Made by a program: the position numbers and the translations under genes. Below, in pieces: positions 1-9,404 of a stretch of 64,000 bases of DNA. Below the pieces are notes generated by a model. That model saw nothing but the letters and a program-made list of their open reading frames with translations, was not told the origin of the DNA and did no database searches. Source of the stretch: an uncultured Eubacteriales bacterium (GTDB lineage: Bacteria > Bacillota > Clostridia > Christensenellales > CAG-138); contig UQXE01000006.1 in assembly GCA_900544965.1 (NCBI GenBank), positions 4,740 through 68,739 on the forward strand, in the 5' to 3' direction. Position 1 is the first letter of the stretch; every line of letters starts with the position of its first letter.

Positions 1-64
1 GCAAGCCAATCACCTGTGGCACTGCGTACTTTGCAAACAGGGAGTGCGTTTTGCCTTCATACAT
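1..64 (-). CDS. 5' end of a gene running off the left edge (possibly a MATE-type efflux transporter)
   Basis: Minus-strand ATG at 64-62 with GGAG 12 nt upstream. Only 21 codons are visible (MYEGKTHSLFAKYAVPQVIGL). The resemblance to MATE N-termini is from memory and weak. Confidence 0.3.
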   Translation of the reverse strand, partial: MYEGKTHSLFAKYAVPQVIGL

Positions 65-83
65 GGTGGTGAAAATCTCCTTT

Positions 84-115
84 AAAAAAGCGGCCTGTGT
101 TACGCAACACAGGCC
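84..115 (-). terminator. Rho-independent terminator downstream of the PNPOx-family gene
   Basis: Perfect 10-bp stem GGCCTGTGTT (92-101) / AACACAGGCC (106-115) with a 4-nt loop. It is followed on the minus strand by GCTTTTTT. Confidence 0.65.
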
Positions 116-168
116 TGCTACACAGTGAAATAGAACCCCTGTGGGATTTATATCTACATTGTATTCTG

Positions 169-669
169 TTATCCCTCTTGTTGCTTATTCTTTACAAGTT
201 CGATGGCCTCTTTTCCTGTCATGTGGTCAATGCTCATTTCCAGCATACAAAGGGTCTTCCATTCCCGGTCAATGGCGTTATTCCGTCCAGCAGCGGTATC
301 CTCCGGCGAGTACTTGATTGCCAGCTTTTTAATCGCTATCCGCTTTGCCTGCTCGTCGTCCAACACACGTATTTGCCCAAAGACAATTACGCTTCTAAAA
401 TAGGTCGTGTATTCCTCTGGAATGATCTGGTCTTGGTCGATTACGCAGAAAGACGCTTTTGCGTTTCTTTGGATTGCGTCCAGCTTATGACCGCTTTTTG
501 CACAATGGAAACAGATTTTATCACCGTCATACACATAGCTGACGGGGACGGCATAGGGGTAACCGTCGTCGCCCGCCAGGGCCAGTACCCCTGACATTCC
601 CCTATATAGAACAGAAGCGGTTTCTTCTGCGGATAACGCCTGCCTTTTTCTGCGCATTTCTCTAAACAT
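169..669 (-). CDS. Pyridoxamine 5'-phosphate oxidase-family FMN-binding protein (NimA / nitroimidazole-reductase-like)
   Basis: 166-aa ORF. It has the typical family layout: N-terminal 'RRKRQALSAEE...VLALAGDDGYPYAVPVSYVY.GDKI.FH.A..G.K', then 'ASFCV' and 'SVI.FG...'. Confidence 0.75.
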   Translation of the reverse strand: MFREMRRKRQALSAEETASVLYRGMSGVLALAGDDGYPYAVPVSYVYDGDKICFHCAKSGHKLDAIQRNAKASFCVIDQDQIIPEEYTTYFRSVIVFGQIRVLDDEQAKRIAIKKLAIKYSPEDTAAGRNNAIDREWKTLCMLEMSIDHMTGKEAIELVKNKQQEG

Positions 670-1054
670 AAGACAACTCCTTCACAAAAATAAAGCGCCT
701 TGTCCTCCACTCCTTCCATGGCCTAACGAAATGGGGATAAGACGTAAACCCGTCGGTTATTAAATAAAATTATAATATATCCATCTCAAAAAGTCAAGGT
801 TATAGGACTCCATATTTTGTTTATGAATAACTGCAACAAACCGCCCGCTTTTAGCCGAATAAAGAATGAAAGCGGACGTATTTTAAGGTTCAAGAGTAAA
901 TACATCGTGATGGAATAAAGCGGTTGACTGGGTTGGCAACGCTTGTCCGACGCTTGGGAATGGATTAGAAACGCGGCTATTGATGTAGGCTACTTTATAA
1001 AGGAGGAGTAGTGGATATTATTTGAACCAGGTCAAAAAAACCTCCGACAAGAAG

Positions 1055-1087
1055 CCTTTTTGCCTTCACAAACGAAGGCAAAAAAGG
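1055..1087 (-). terminator. Hairpin immediately downstream of dnaN (possible terminator)
   Basis: CCTTTTTGCCTTC / GAAGGCAAAAAAGG stem with one bulge and a 6-nt loop. The T7 run on the minus strand lies about 14 nt past the stem, so it is not canonical. Confidence 0.4.
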
Positions 1088-1144
1088 TTCTATGACGCCG
1101 GAGGCAAAATCGACATGCACGGTCGAAAATAGCTATTGCGTAAT

Positions 1145-2242
1145 TCAGCGCATTCTTACTGGGAGAATGAGGTAATAAAATGCCTCGCCGTCGATGGGCC
1201 TTATCACGCAGTGCTTATCGCTGGCTATAAGGTCGATGAATATCTCCTCATCCTCAAGGCTCTTAAGCGCGTCAATAAGGTATTTTGCGTTAAACGCCAG
1301 CTTCTGTGCTTCGCCGGTCATCTCTATGGACTGCTCCTCGTTAGTGCGTCCTATTTCGCTGTTGGCGGATATTGTCATCACGTCATCGGCAAACTCGAGC
1401 ACCACAATGTTGGTCTTCCCTTCGCGGGCCATAAGCGAAACGCGTTCTATGGTATCCAGCATATCGCGGCGGTTGAGGCGCACGCGTGTATTGTAGGTGT
1501 CGGTCAATATCGCGGAATAGTTGATAAACTGCACGTTTAACAGCCTGGAAAGCACCCTGGTATGGCCAAGATCGATCATTACATGCGATTTTGTTAAAAC
1601 AATTTCAACGTTATCATCGCTGTCGTCCATAATACGCCCTATCTCATTTAGCGACTTAACCGGAATTACCGCGTCCAGTCTGCCGCATGTATGTCTGAGC
1701 GATTCGCGGCGTATGGCAAGGCGGAACCCGTCAAGAGCGACAAGCTGCACGCGATCGCCGTCGATTGACATAAGCACGCCGGTGAGTATAGGATTTGAAT
1801 CGTCGGGCGCTGTAGCAAAGGTGGTCTGGCGGACCATACTTCTGAACAGGCTCTTTTTTATGGTAATGGATTCACGCTGGCCGATCTCGGGCATTGGCGG
1901 ATAATCGGAGGCACGGTTGGTTTGAAGCGTGGAGCGGCTACGCCCGCTCTTTATTTTGATAGAGCTTTCATCCCCGTCTATCTCAACGGTTTCGCCTGGC
2001 AGCTTTCTCACCATTTCGGAGAAAATGCGGCCTGGAACGACTGCTGCGCCCTCTTCGCGCACTTCGGCTGGGATGGTGGCTTCGATCCTGAGCGACATAT
2101 CGGTGCATACAAGCGTCATGTCGTTTTCCCTGGCGCATATATATATGCCTTCGAGTATCGGCAGGGCGCTTTTGGCGGAAAGCGCACGCGTAGCCGCCAG
2201 TACGCCGGCGTTCAGGTCTGTAGTATTTATGATTAATTTCAT
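1145..2242 (-). CDS. dnaN: DNA polymerase III beta subunit (sliding clamp)
   Basis: 365 aa with full-length clamp-like sequence: 'ALSAKSALPILEGIYI', 'VVPGRIFSEMVRKLP', 'ILTGVLM...LVALDGFRLA', and the C-terminal 'YYLILPVRMR'. Confidence 0.9.
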   Translation of the reverse strand: MKLIINTTDLNAGVLAATRALSAKSALPILEGIYICARENDMTLVCTDMSLRIEATIPAEVREEGAAVVPGRIFSEMVRKLPGETVEIDGDESSIKIKSGRSRSTLQTNRASDYPPMPEIGQRESITIKKSLFRSMVRQTTFATAPDDSNPILTGVLMSIDGDRVQLVALDGFRLAIRRESLRHTCGRLDAVIPVKSLNEIGRIMDDSDDNVEIVLTKSHVMIDLGHTRVLSRLLNVQFINYSAILTDTYNTRVRLNRRDMLDTIERVSLMAREGKTNIVVLEFADDVMTISANSEIGRTNEEQSIEMTGEAQKLAFNAKYLIDALKSLEDEEIFIDLIASDKHCVIRPIDGEAFYYLILPVRMR

Positions 2243-3189
2243 TGTGACCTCCTAGCAATCAATGGATTTCCTGCATCATTATAGCATACGCAAAAACCAT
2301 TTGAAAGCTTAAGAACCCCTAATGTGCGACATCTGCTCCGGAAGTATGAAACTATCCGGCCCAATGAGCGCCAAATAGGCTATTCTTACCGATTTTCTTT
2401 GTTGATGTCAGAGCCGGTATGCATGCCTGGCCCGAATTCGTCGCGTCCTGGGTTTCAAAAAATCCGATCACCGCAAAAAGCACGCCCAATCCAGCTATAA
2501 CATATGCAAGCTTCGATTAAAGGAGTTGAGCAGAAAGCGTCAACGCTATACCGCAGAGGATCAGCTTTATATCCTTAGCCATATAGTATTTACTCTGTTG
2601 TGCGGGCGATCAGTTAACCTAAGTTTCTATATTTGCAGATACTTCATAAACATTATACTATAAAAAACGCAAGGAAGCTAATCTAGACTTTGGTAAAGGC
2701 TCAAAATTTACAACACATAAAAGTCGACGGAATGCGCGCCGGTCATTTAATACCTTGATAGTTAAATATGGTCTGATAGCTGCTTGCAGCCGAAGGCCGA
2801 CTTTTGCGGGATGAACCCCCATGCGCAGCAATAGTGCAATACGAAAGACTTATGACCTCATTTTGTCTCCGGCAGATTAAAGCTTTTTTTGCCTTGACAC
2901 GTCTTGCGTTCTCTTGCTGCGCTCAGACGAAAAATCAAAAATACGACCCTAAACTGGTCTATCTGTATAATGAGGTTGCGCAGCCAAAAAACTACTAGAT
3001 TTTGAATGATTCGACGTGCTTGCACAATAGCCGATAGGGATAGAAATTTTATGATTTCAATTTAGCAGTAAGGAATATATTTAAGTAACGCCATATTGAG
3101 TCAATTTAACATAACTATAGTTTTATTTATATATAACATAATAGCAAAATAATTATATGCAAGTAAGCGTTATAAAGGGCTAATTTTGC

Positions 3190-3256
3190 TTGGATCAAAA
3201 CATAAGCTGCCTATAATAGGCAGGAAGGTGATTTTTGGCTATGATTGTGGTATAAT
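3190..3256 (+). promoter_or_regulatory. Two tandem sigma-A-type promoters upstream of the response-regulator gene
   Basis: P1 is TTGGAT (3190-3195), a 16-nt spacer, then TATAAT (3212-3217). P2 is an extended -10, TGGTATAAT (3248-3256). Confidence 0.45.
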
Positions 3257-3291
3257 ATACACTAAAGCGGAAGGGCAGGAAGGTGTAACAT

Positions 3292-3975
3292 ATGGCAAAG
3301 CGGATTTTATTGGTTGACGATGAGCCTTTAATTTTAAAGGGTTTAAAATTTTCGCTTAATCAGGACGGATATGATACGGATACGGCTACGAATGGCGATC
3401 AAGCCCTTGAAATGGCTTTGAATAATGATTATGATATAGTGCTTTTGGACGTTATGCTGCCTGGGCTATCAGGCATAGAGGTTTGCCAGAGGATCAGGGA
3501 GAAGAGTGATGTGCCCATAATTATGCTGACGGCCAAGGGCGAGGATATGGATAAAATACTTGGCCTTGAATATGGCGCTGACGATTATATGACGAAGCCA
3601 TTTAATATACTTGAAGTTAAGGCCAGAATAAAAACAATCCTGCGCAGGGCTGGCAGCAAGAGCGGCGAGCATAAAGCCCTGATCAGCGAACACGGTATTA
3701 CTATAAATACGGAAAGCCGCAGCGTAACCGCAGGGGATAACTCCGTTAATCTTACTGTAAAGGAATTTGACCTTTTAAACCTATTTATGAATAATCCCGA
3801 TAGGGTATACAGCCGTGAGGAACTGCTTGATCTTGTTTGGGGTGAGGATTACGTAGGAGATTTGCGCACCGTAGATGTTCATATTAGGCGTCTAAGGGAA
3901 AAGATAGAGAAAAATCCTAATAAGCCGGAATGCATAATGACTAAATGGGGTATAGGATACTATTTTGCGGGTTAA
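3292..3975 (+). CDS. OmpR-family response regulator, WalR/YycF-like
   Basis: Receiver domain ('LLVDDE', 'DIVLLDVMLPG', 'MLTAKG') and winged-helix C-terminus ('LRTVDVHIRRLREKIE...WGIGYYF'). SD GGAAGGTG lies 6 nt before the ATG. Confidence 0.9.
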   Translation: MAKRILLVDDEPLILKGLKFSLNQDGYDTDTATNGDQALEMALNNDYDIVLLDVMLPGLSGIEVCQRIREKSDVPIIMLTAKGEDMDKILGLEYGADDYMTKPFNILEVKARIKTILRRAGSKSGEHKALISEHGITINTESRSVTAGDNSVNLTVKEFDLLNLFMNNPDRVYSREELLDLVWGEDYVGDLRTVDVHIRRLREKIEKNPNKPECIMTKWGIGYYFAG

Positions 3976-5440
3976 AAATTTCTTTGGATCTATAAGGTTG
4001 AGAATGGTGGCGGTATACTTCTGCGTCACCTTTCTTGCCATGCTTACGATAGGAGTAATTATATCCAATATAATGGAATCGTTCTTGGTAAGCCAGCGCG
4101 TAGAAGCGCAATCTGGCGAAACAAGGAGGGTAGCGCTTGAAATTGCTCCGTGGTTCAATGAGCGCAATGCGGATAAACTTTATGGCCACATATTAGAACA
4201 GGCCTCCGAACTAGATGGTCGAATCCTTATACTTGACAACTACGCCGTAGTTCAGGCGGATTCAGCCTCCGCTTACAACGGGATGTCATTGCCATACCAC
4301 GAGGTCCGCAAAGTGCTGCATGGGACGTCCGATGGCGCATACGGATTTCATCGTATTGTTCGAAACAAAACTTTAGACTCGCAGACTGGCGCGGACGGGG
4401 GAATTGATCGGGTTTGGGCCGTTTATTATACCGCCCCAATAGTAAATGATGGAATATATTTAGGTGCGGTCCTGTTTTCAACCGAAATTCAGGATGTACA
4501 TGACGGAATAACTGACATAATAAGGCGCATAACCGCTGTTTTCTTTATTACTGTTATTGCGATGGGTATAATAACCTTTATACTTTCAGGATTCTTAACA
4601 AAGCCGATTGTTGAGCTTACAGGTGTTATAAGAAGAATGGGTACTCAGGGCTTCGGTGCGAGAGTAAGGGTTAAGGATGGAAGTATGGGAGAGGTTGCAG
4701 AGCTGTCAAGGGCATTCAACCGTATGAGTGAGCAAATCGAGGATCATGACAGGGTAAGGGATGAATTTGTATCCAATGCCTCACACGAATTAAAAACTCC
4801 TCTTTCGGCTATGAAGGTTCTTTCTGAATCAATATTATATGAGAACGATCCAGACCCTGGGGTAATGCGTGAGTTCTTTTTAGATGTAAACAGCGAAGTC
4901 GACCGGCTTACAGGAATAATTGAAGACCTTTTAAGCTTGGTAAGAGAGGAGAGAGGACGGGCCGAGCTAAATATATCGGATGTAAGACTGGACGAGCTGA
5001 CGCTTAGGGTGGTAAAAAGACTTATGCCTCTAAGCCAGAAGAAGGGATTAAAAATCGAAACCCATGTAAGTCCCGTTCTTCTTGAAGCGGATTCTGAGCG
5101 GATTGAACAGGTCGTATCCAATCTGGTTGATAATGCAATAAAATATACTGATACAGGCAAGATTGTAGTAGTGGTTAAACAGGAAGGTGAGAACGCGGTT
5201 CTTACAGTCCAGGATACGGGAATAGGCATACCGAAGGATGCGCAGCAAAGGCTATTTGAAAGGTTTTATAGGGTAGATAAGGCAAGGTCGAGAGGAACGG
5301 GAGGGACGGGGCTTGGTTTAGCCATAGTTGAAAGGATAGTCTCCATGCATAACGGCTACATCAGACTTAAGAGCGAACCGGCCAAGGGAAGCGTTTTTAC
5401 CCTGTATCTTCCTATGCGCCACACGGGAGAAGTAAAATGA
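3965..5440 (+). CDS. Sensor histidine kinase, WalK/YycG-like (no cytoplasmic PAS domain evident)
   Basis: N-terminus 'FFGSIRLRMVAVYFCVTFLAML' resembles WalK (from memory). Two TM segments, a HAMP region, an H-box 'SHELKTPLS', an N-box 'NLVDNAIKYT' and a G-box 'GTGLGLAIV' are present. TTG start at 3965, or alternatively ATG at 4004. Confidence 0.85.
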   Translation: MRVKNFFGSIRLRMVAVYFCVTFLAMLTIGVIISNIMESFLVSQRVEAQSGETRRVALEIAPWFNERNADKLYGHILEQASELDGRILILDNYAVVQADSASAYNGMSLPYHEVRKVLHGTSDGAYGFHRIVRNKTLDSQTGADGGIDRVWAVYYTAPIVNDGIYLGAVLFSTEIQDVHDGITDIIRRITAVFFITVIAMGIITFILSGFLTKPIVELTGVIRRMGTQGFGARVRVKDGSMGEVAELSRAFNRMSEQIEDHDRVRDEFVSNASHELKTPLSAMKVLSESILYENDPDPGVMREFFLDVNSEVDRLTGIIEDLLSLVREERGRAELNISDVRLDELTLRVVKRLMPLSQKKGLKIETHVSPVLLEADSERIEQVVSNLVDNAIKYTDTGKIVVVVKQEGENAVLTVQDTGIGIPKDAQQRLFERFYRVDKARSRGTGGTGLGLAIVERIVSMHNGYIRLKSEPAKGSVFTLYLPMRHTGEVK

Positions 5441-6462
5441 GACGAAATTATATATCTATACTTGTGGCGGTGCTTGTATGTGCCTTGTTGCTTTCGGGTT
5501 GCTTATTAAAGATAAAGGAGATAGAAAACGATGTTGTCCTTCCACAAATTGATCCGGAGGAGGGTGTAACAAGACAAGTACAAGGTGGTTTATATTATAG
5601 CCTAATTGATAGGGAAGGCGTGATAAAGATCAATAGTACAATATATATAAAATCGTATGAGACCGTGGAGAACGCTGTTCTAAGGGCACTGTCGCAGACG
5701 CCGCAGGAGCATTCGGATTTGGTTTTAAGCTCCCTTCCCAAAGGAACGGAAGCAATAAGCTCACAGCGCGAGGGCAGTATTTTATATCTTACTTTGTCCA
5801 AGGAATTTCTGGACAAAGCTGAACTGGAGAGCAGACGTCAGGAAATAGAGGAAGAAAAGGACAAGCTGAGACCCGGCGAGTATGAATCCATATTAAACGC
5901 GCTTGATAAAGAGTATTTTAAAGCGATGCGCCTAAGCGTATATTCAATAGTAAATTCCATGTTAAGCGTTACAGACGTTGACAGGATTCAGCTATTGGTA
6001 GATAAAAACGGTACTGGGGAGGGAGTTAGACCTACTCTGTATGAGGTTGGGCTTTCAGAGGATATTGAAAGTGGGGAGCTTGTTGAGCCAATGCCGTTGG
6101 TAACCAATCAAACCGCAACTCCTGCTACCATTGTAGAGCTTTTATTGGATCACTTAATTCTTAAAGACTATGAAAGAGCCTACGACTACTTTGCTTTGGT
6201 GGGAACAAATAATGAATACAAGCCTGACTTGACTGAATTCGTGGACGAGCTTAGCCCACTATGTAAAATTACTGAATACGATATGCAAGGATACGTCCAG
6301 AATTCAAATGGGGAGGCTATGGTGCGGTTTAGGCTTGTTATAGAGAGGGAGAACGGAACCCCCGAAATTATATATAACGATGGGCTGATCTTGCTTGAGG
6401 AGGGCGGAATATATCTGGTTGATTATATTACTTTTTTGGATGTATTGAGGCAATCGCTATGA
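5437..6462 (+). CDS. Lipoprotein, GerMN-like domain, translationally coupled to the kinase
   Basis: Lipobox 'LLSGC'. The start overlaps the kinase stop (ATGA). 'LYYSL...AVLRALSQTP...LPKGTEAIS...GSILYLTLSKEF' fits the Germane/GerMN pattern (from memory). Confidence 0.6.
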   Translation: MRRNYISILVAVLVCALLLSGCLLKIKEIENDVVLPQIDPEEGVTRQVQGGLYYSLIDREGVIKINSTIYIKSYETVENAVLRALSQTPQEHSDLVLSSLPKGTEAISSQREGSILYLTLSKEFLDKAELESRRQEIEEEKDKLRPGEYESILNALDKEYFKAMRLSVYSIVNSMLSVTDVDRIQLLVDKNGTGEGVRPTLYEVGLSEDIESGELVEPMPLVTNQTATPATIVELLLDHLILKDYERAYDYFALVGTNNEYKPDLTEFVDELSPLCKITEYDMQGYVQNSNGEAMVRFRLVIERENGTPEIIYNDGLILLEEGGIYLVDYITFLDVLRQSL

Positions 6463-7877
6463 GGAAGATACGTGCAGTTTGTGCCCTGCTATGCATTTTA
6501 TTTGCTGCAGGAGTTATAGGATGTGTAGGCCGCACTGAGGAAATTCCGCCGCTTCAGGAAACGGGATTTGAAGTTCCAAGGCCTATTACGTCACCGGTTG
6601 AGTTCGACGCAACCCTATATTTTGTCGACGAGAGTAACGGTGATCTGGTAGGGGAGGAACATAGCCTGACCTATGGAAACGGGATTTCAAAAATTCAATC
6701 TGCGTTAATAGCGTTGGGGTCGGCGCCCACTGGGGACGGAAGGATTTCCGCTGTGGCCGATGGCCTGAGACTGAACAAGGTTGTTCCTTTAGACGGCGTA
6801 TGCAACGTTTATTATATTGGAGAACGCGCGGTGACGGAGGAAGAATGGCTCAAGCTGAGGACGGCTGCCGCATCCACGGTATTTAGCGTAGATTCCGGTC
6901 TTGAAGCTGTCAACGTATATTTAAATGGTAAAGAACCAGGATATGGAGGCGAAGCATTGGGGACAATAAGGAATTCTCCTAAGCTGTCTAATATACTAAA
7001 ATCGGCTTTTGAATTTCAAAGCAATGCAACATTATATTATGCTGATTATTCGAGTGGCGACGCGATGCTTATCGCAAGCAATTACACGCTAGATATTTCA
7101 AGAGGAATGAAGGCCGACGACTATGCCCGCCTTATATTTGAAGCCCTTAAATCCGCTCCGGATGGAGATACAGGACTATATGCTCCTATTCCACAGTCGG
7201 TTGCATTTGAAAAAGCAAGCGTTAAACGTGACGCCAACGATGAGTATGTAATCGAACTTACTCTAATTGATCAGGGAGCAAAAGACATTGACCATGAGAT
7301 TATATGTTCGGCGCTAACCCTGTCAATAACGGGATATATCCCCAACATATCCGGGGTAAGAGTGTACATTAGAGATGGCGGCGTACTAGAGTCCCTGCCT
7401 GAAAATGGGAGCTATACCACTGAGAATTTTGACAGCCTTATTGGTCGCCGCATCCACTTGGTATATACTGAAGAAAACGAATCGGTAATGCATAAGCGTA
7501 CACGACCAGTTTACTATGCGCTTGTTGATGATTACATGCATTCGCTTGAACTTCTTATAGGAATTATCTCATTGTCCAATTCTGACTTTGAAAGGTTCAG
7601 GCCTTCGGACTTACGGGCAATATATATAAGCGGAAGCAGCGCCGTTGTGGATTGGCAATACGGATTCAGTGATAAATTAAATTCTATGCTTAACAGCGAA
7701 ACTGTTGAGTCAGAGCGGAAGATACAGCTTTTTATCTATAGCATTATAAATACCCTGTGCGAGATACCAGGCGTAAACCTTGTGTGGATGACTGAAGCGG
7801 GGGATAGGATGGGAAGCATAGGCAATCTGTATTTAGGCAATGCGTTTATGAAAAACCCTGGATTGGTTTCTCAGTAA
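6459..7877 (+). CDS. Lipoprotein with 2-3 GerMN-like repeats
   Basis: Lipobox 'VIGC', with a 4-nt overlap with the previous gene. Repeated 'ATLYFVDESNGDLVGEE...' and 'ATLYYADYSSGD...' blocks fit GerMN. Confidence 0.6.
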   Translation: MRKIRAVCALLCILFAAGVIGCVGRTEEIPPLQETGFEVPRPITSPVEFDATLYFVDESNGDLVGEEHSLTYGNGISKIQSALIALGSAPTGDGRISAVADGLRLNKVVPLDGVCNVYYIGERAVTEEEWLKLRTAAASTVFSVDSGLEAVNVYLNGKEPGYGGEALGTIRNSPKLSNILKSAFEFQSNATLYYADYSSGDAMLIASNYTLDISRGMKADDYARLIFEALKSAPDGDTGLYAPIPQSVAFEKASVKRDANDEYVIELTLIDQGAKDIDHEIICSALTLSITGYIPNISGVRVYIRDGGVLESLPENGSYTTENFDSLIGRRIHLVYTEENESVMHKRTRPVYYALVDDYMHSLELLIGIISLSNSDFERFRPSDLRAIYISGSSAVVDWQYGFSDKLNSMLNSETVESERKIQLFIYSIINTLCEIPGVNLVWMTEAGDRMGSIGNLYLGNAFMKNPGLVSQ

Positions 7878-7942
7878 ACAAGGTACAATATAATCATAAA
7901 GGTCCGGCAGGGCTATAAAATTTTTACAAAAGGGGATAAAAC

Positions 7943-8143
7943 ATGAAGTACTTAATAACTATCGATGGAATGGGATGTGGGCACTGTGTATCACGCGTCA
8001 CGGCTGCACTGAATGATGTTGGGGCGTCGGTTGAAAGCGTTAAGATAGGGTCGGCTGTTGCGGACTTCTCGGGAGACGTTGACAGAATAAAAGCCGCGAT
8101 TCAAGAAATTGGGTTCGATATCATATCCATAGAGGCGAAGTAG
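7943..8143 (+). CDS. copZ: Heavy-metal-associated (HMA) copper chaperone
   Basis: 66 aa with the 'GMGCGHC' metal-binding motif and a length that fits a ferredoxin-like fold. Confidence 0.8.
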   Translation: MKYLITIDGMGCGHCVSRVTAALNDVGASVESVKIGSAVADFSGDVDRIKAAIQEIGFDIISIEAK

Positions 8144-9262
<1,119 letters not shown>

Positions 9263-9404
9263 TCGTTGAACAAAAGTAAGGGCAAAAATGGCAAGGTATG
9301 TTGCCATGAAATGTATCAAATGATAATATTATTATGATACCAAATTAGTAGCGACTAATCTAGGGGCAGCTACCTTTTATGCATTATTCGCTTTAATTTG
9401 AAGG

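Noticed and set aside
97-719. ORFs 97-594(+), 203-403(+) and 441-719(-) overlapping the PNPOx-family gene.
   Set aside because: Low-complexity, unrecognisable translations that are antisense to, or out of frame with, a well-supported gene. No RBS.
2352-2582. A 76-codon minus-strand reading frame, with an in-frame TAA at codon 22 (2517-2519), encoding two hydrophobic segments (MAKDIKLILCGIALTLSAQLL*SKLAYVIAGLGVLFAVIGFFETQ...).
   Set aside because: No Shine-Dalgarno before the ATG, and it is interrupted by a stop. It could be a decayed small membrane-protein gene or chance, and there is not enough evidence to annotate it.
2243-3291. Possible oriC/DnaA-box cluster upstream of dnaN.
   Set aside because: I found no TTATCCACA/TGTGGATAA or close variants by eye. 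The AT-rich 3000-3290 stretch is better explained as promoter DNA for the divergent operon.
9263-9404. Candidate copper-responsive operator in the copA leader (near-palindrome TAGTAGCGACTA; GTAGC...GCTAC).
   Set aside because: It does not resemble the CopY box or the CsoR operators I remember, and no regulator gene is nearby to support it.
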